This document shows, piece after piece, positions 63,894-64,000 of a DNA stretch of 64,000 nucleotides. Both the position numbers and the translations under genes were made by a program. How positions within the stretch are numbered: the stretch's first letter is position 1; every line of letters begins with the position of its first letter. The DNA comes from Planctomycetaceae bacterium (GTDB lineage Bacteria > Planctomycetota > Planctomycetia > Planctomycetales > Planctomycetaceae). The stretch is taken from positions 4,926-68,925 of the forward strand of contig JANQQW010000082.1 in the NCBI GenBank assembly GCA_028284885.1, written 5' to 3'. The notes below the pieces were generated by a model, which worked only from the letters and a program-made list of their open reading frames with translations, had not been told where the DNA came from and ran no database searches.

Positions 63894-64000
63894 TCAGTTC
63901 ATTGCGACGAGCTCGTCCGGGTAGTCGGTCGTGTGCTCGACGATCCAGCCAGAACCCAGGTGTGCCTGCAACTGCTCGCGATTCGCCTCGGGGTCGATGT
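63894..64000 (-). CDS. 3' end of an unidentified CDS (5' part outside the window)
   Basis: Open frame to the window edge, ending '...DIDPEANREQLQAHLGSGWIVEHTTDYPDELVAMN*' with stop at 63894-63896. High GC3. Confidence 0.5.
   Translation of the reverse strand, partial: IDPEANREQLQAHLGSGWIVEHTTDYPDELVAMN

Overview
This is a high-GC bacterial chromosome segment (roughly 65-70 % GC by eye, not computed). It is almost certainly Planctomycetota, given a DUF1559 prepilin-like protein, a DUF1501 protein, many lipoprotein, Tat or Sec-exported proteins, and a GxxExxY gene. I support about 60 densely packed protein genes, one tRNA-Thr(CGU), several intrinsic terminators and two sigma70-like promoters. 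Many very long ORFs in the track are antisense or out-of-frame artefacts of the GC content. Most of the content is housekeeping:
- pyruvate dehydrogenase E1/E2 (aceE-aceF), malate dehydrogenase and glycerate kinase
- hisC, thrC, pyrF, ugd and kdsD
- the haem genes hemD-hemE-hemY
- prfB with the classical CTT TGA C +1 frameshift
- tsaB, xerC, lspA, polX, a ClC channel, an ECF sigma factor and a PspA-like protein.

I see no CRISPR array, no rRNA, no transposase or prophage, and no convincing self-contained multi-gene novel system. The observations most worth follow-up are:
1. A membrane-anchored lipoyl-domain paralogue that lacks the lipoyl-lysine, translationally coupled to aceE-aceF.
2. A tungsten/molybdenum enzyme cluster (aldehyde:ferredoxin oxidoreductase, FwdD-like, FwdB-like with the Cys-His dyad retained), plus a small COG2054-like kinase elsewhere in the window.
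3. Two signal-peptide-bearing, extremely Cys/Ser/Thr-rich low-complexity proteins.
4. A GxxExxY gene bracketed by a 31-nt inverted repeat made of 9-nt triplets.
5. Two long strand-asymmetric (C-free arm, then G-free arm) hairpin elements that form the 5' leaders of aceF and prfB.
6. A probable pseudokinase fused to an FGE-sulfatase domain.
7. A 1023-aa membrane-anchored protein downstream of kdsD that may be a fused Lpt-bridge protein.

All family calls come from motif recognition by eye. No database search was run.
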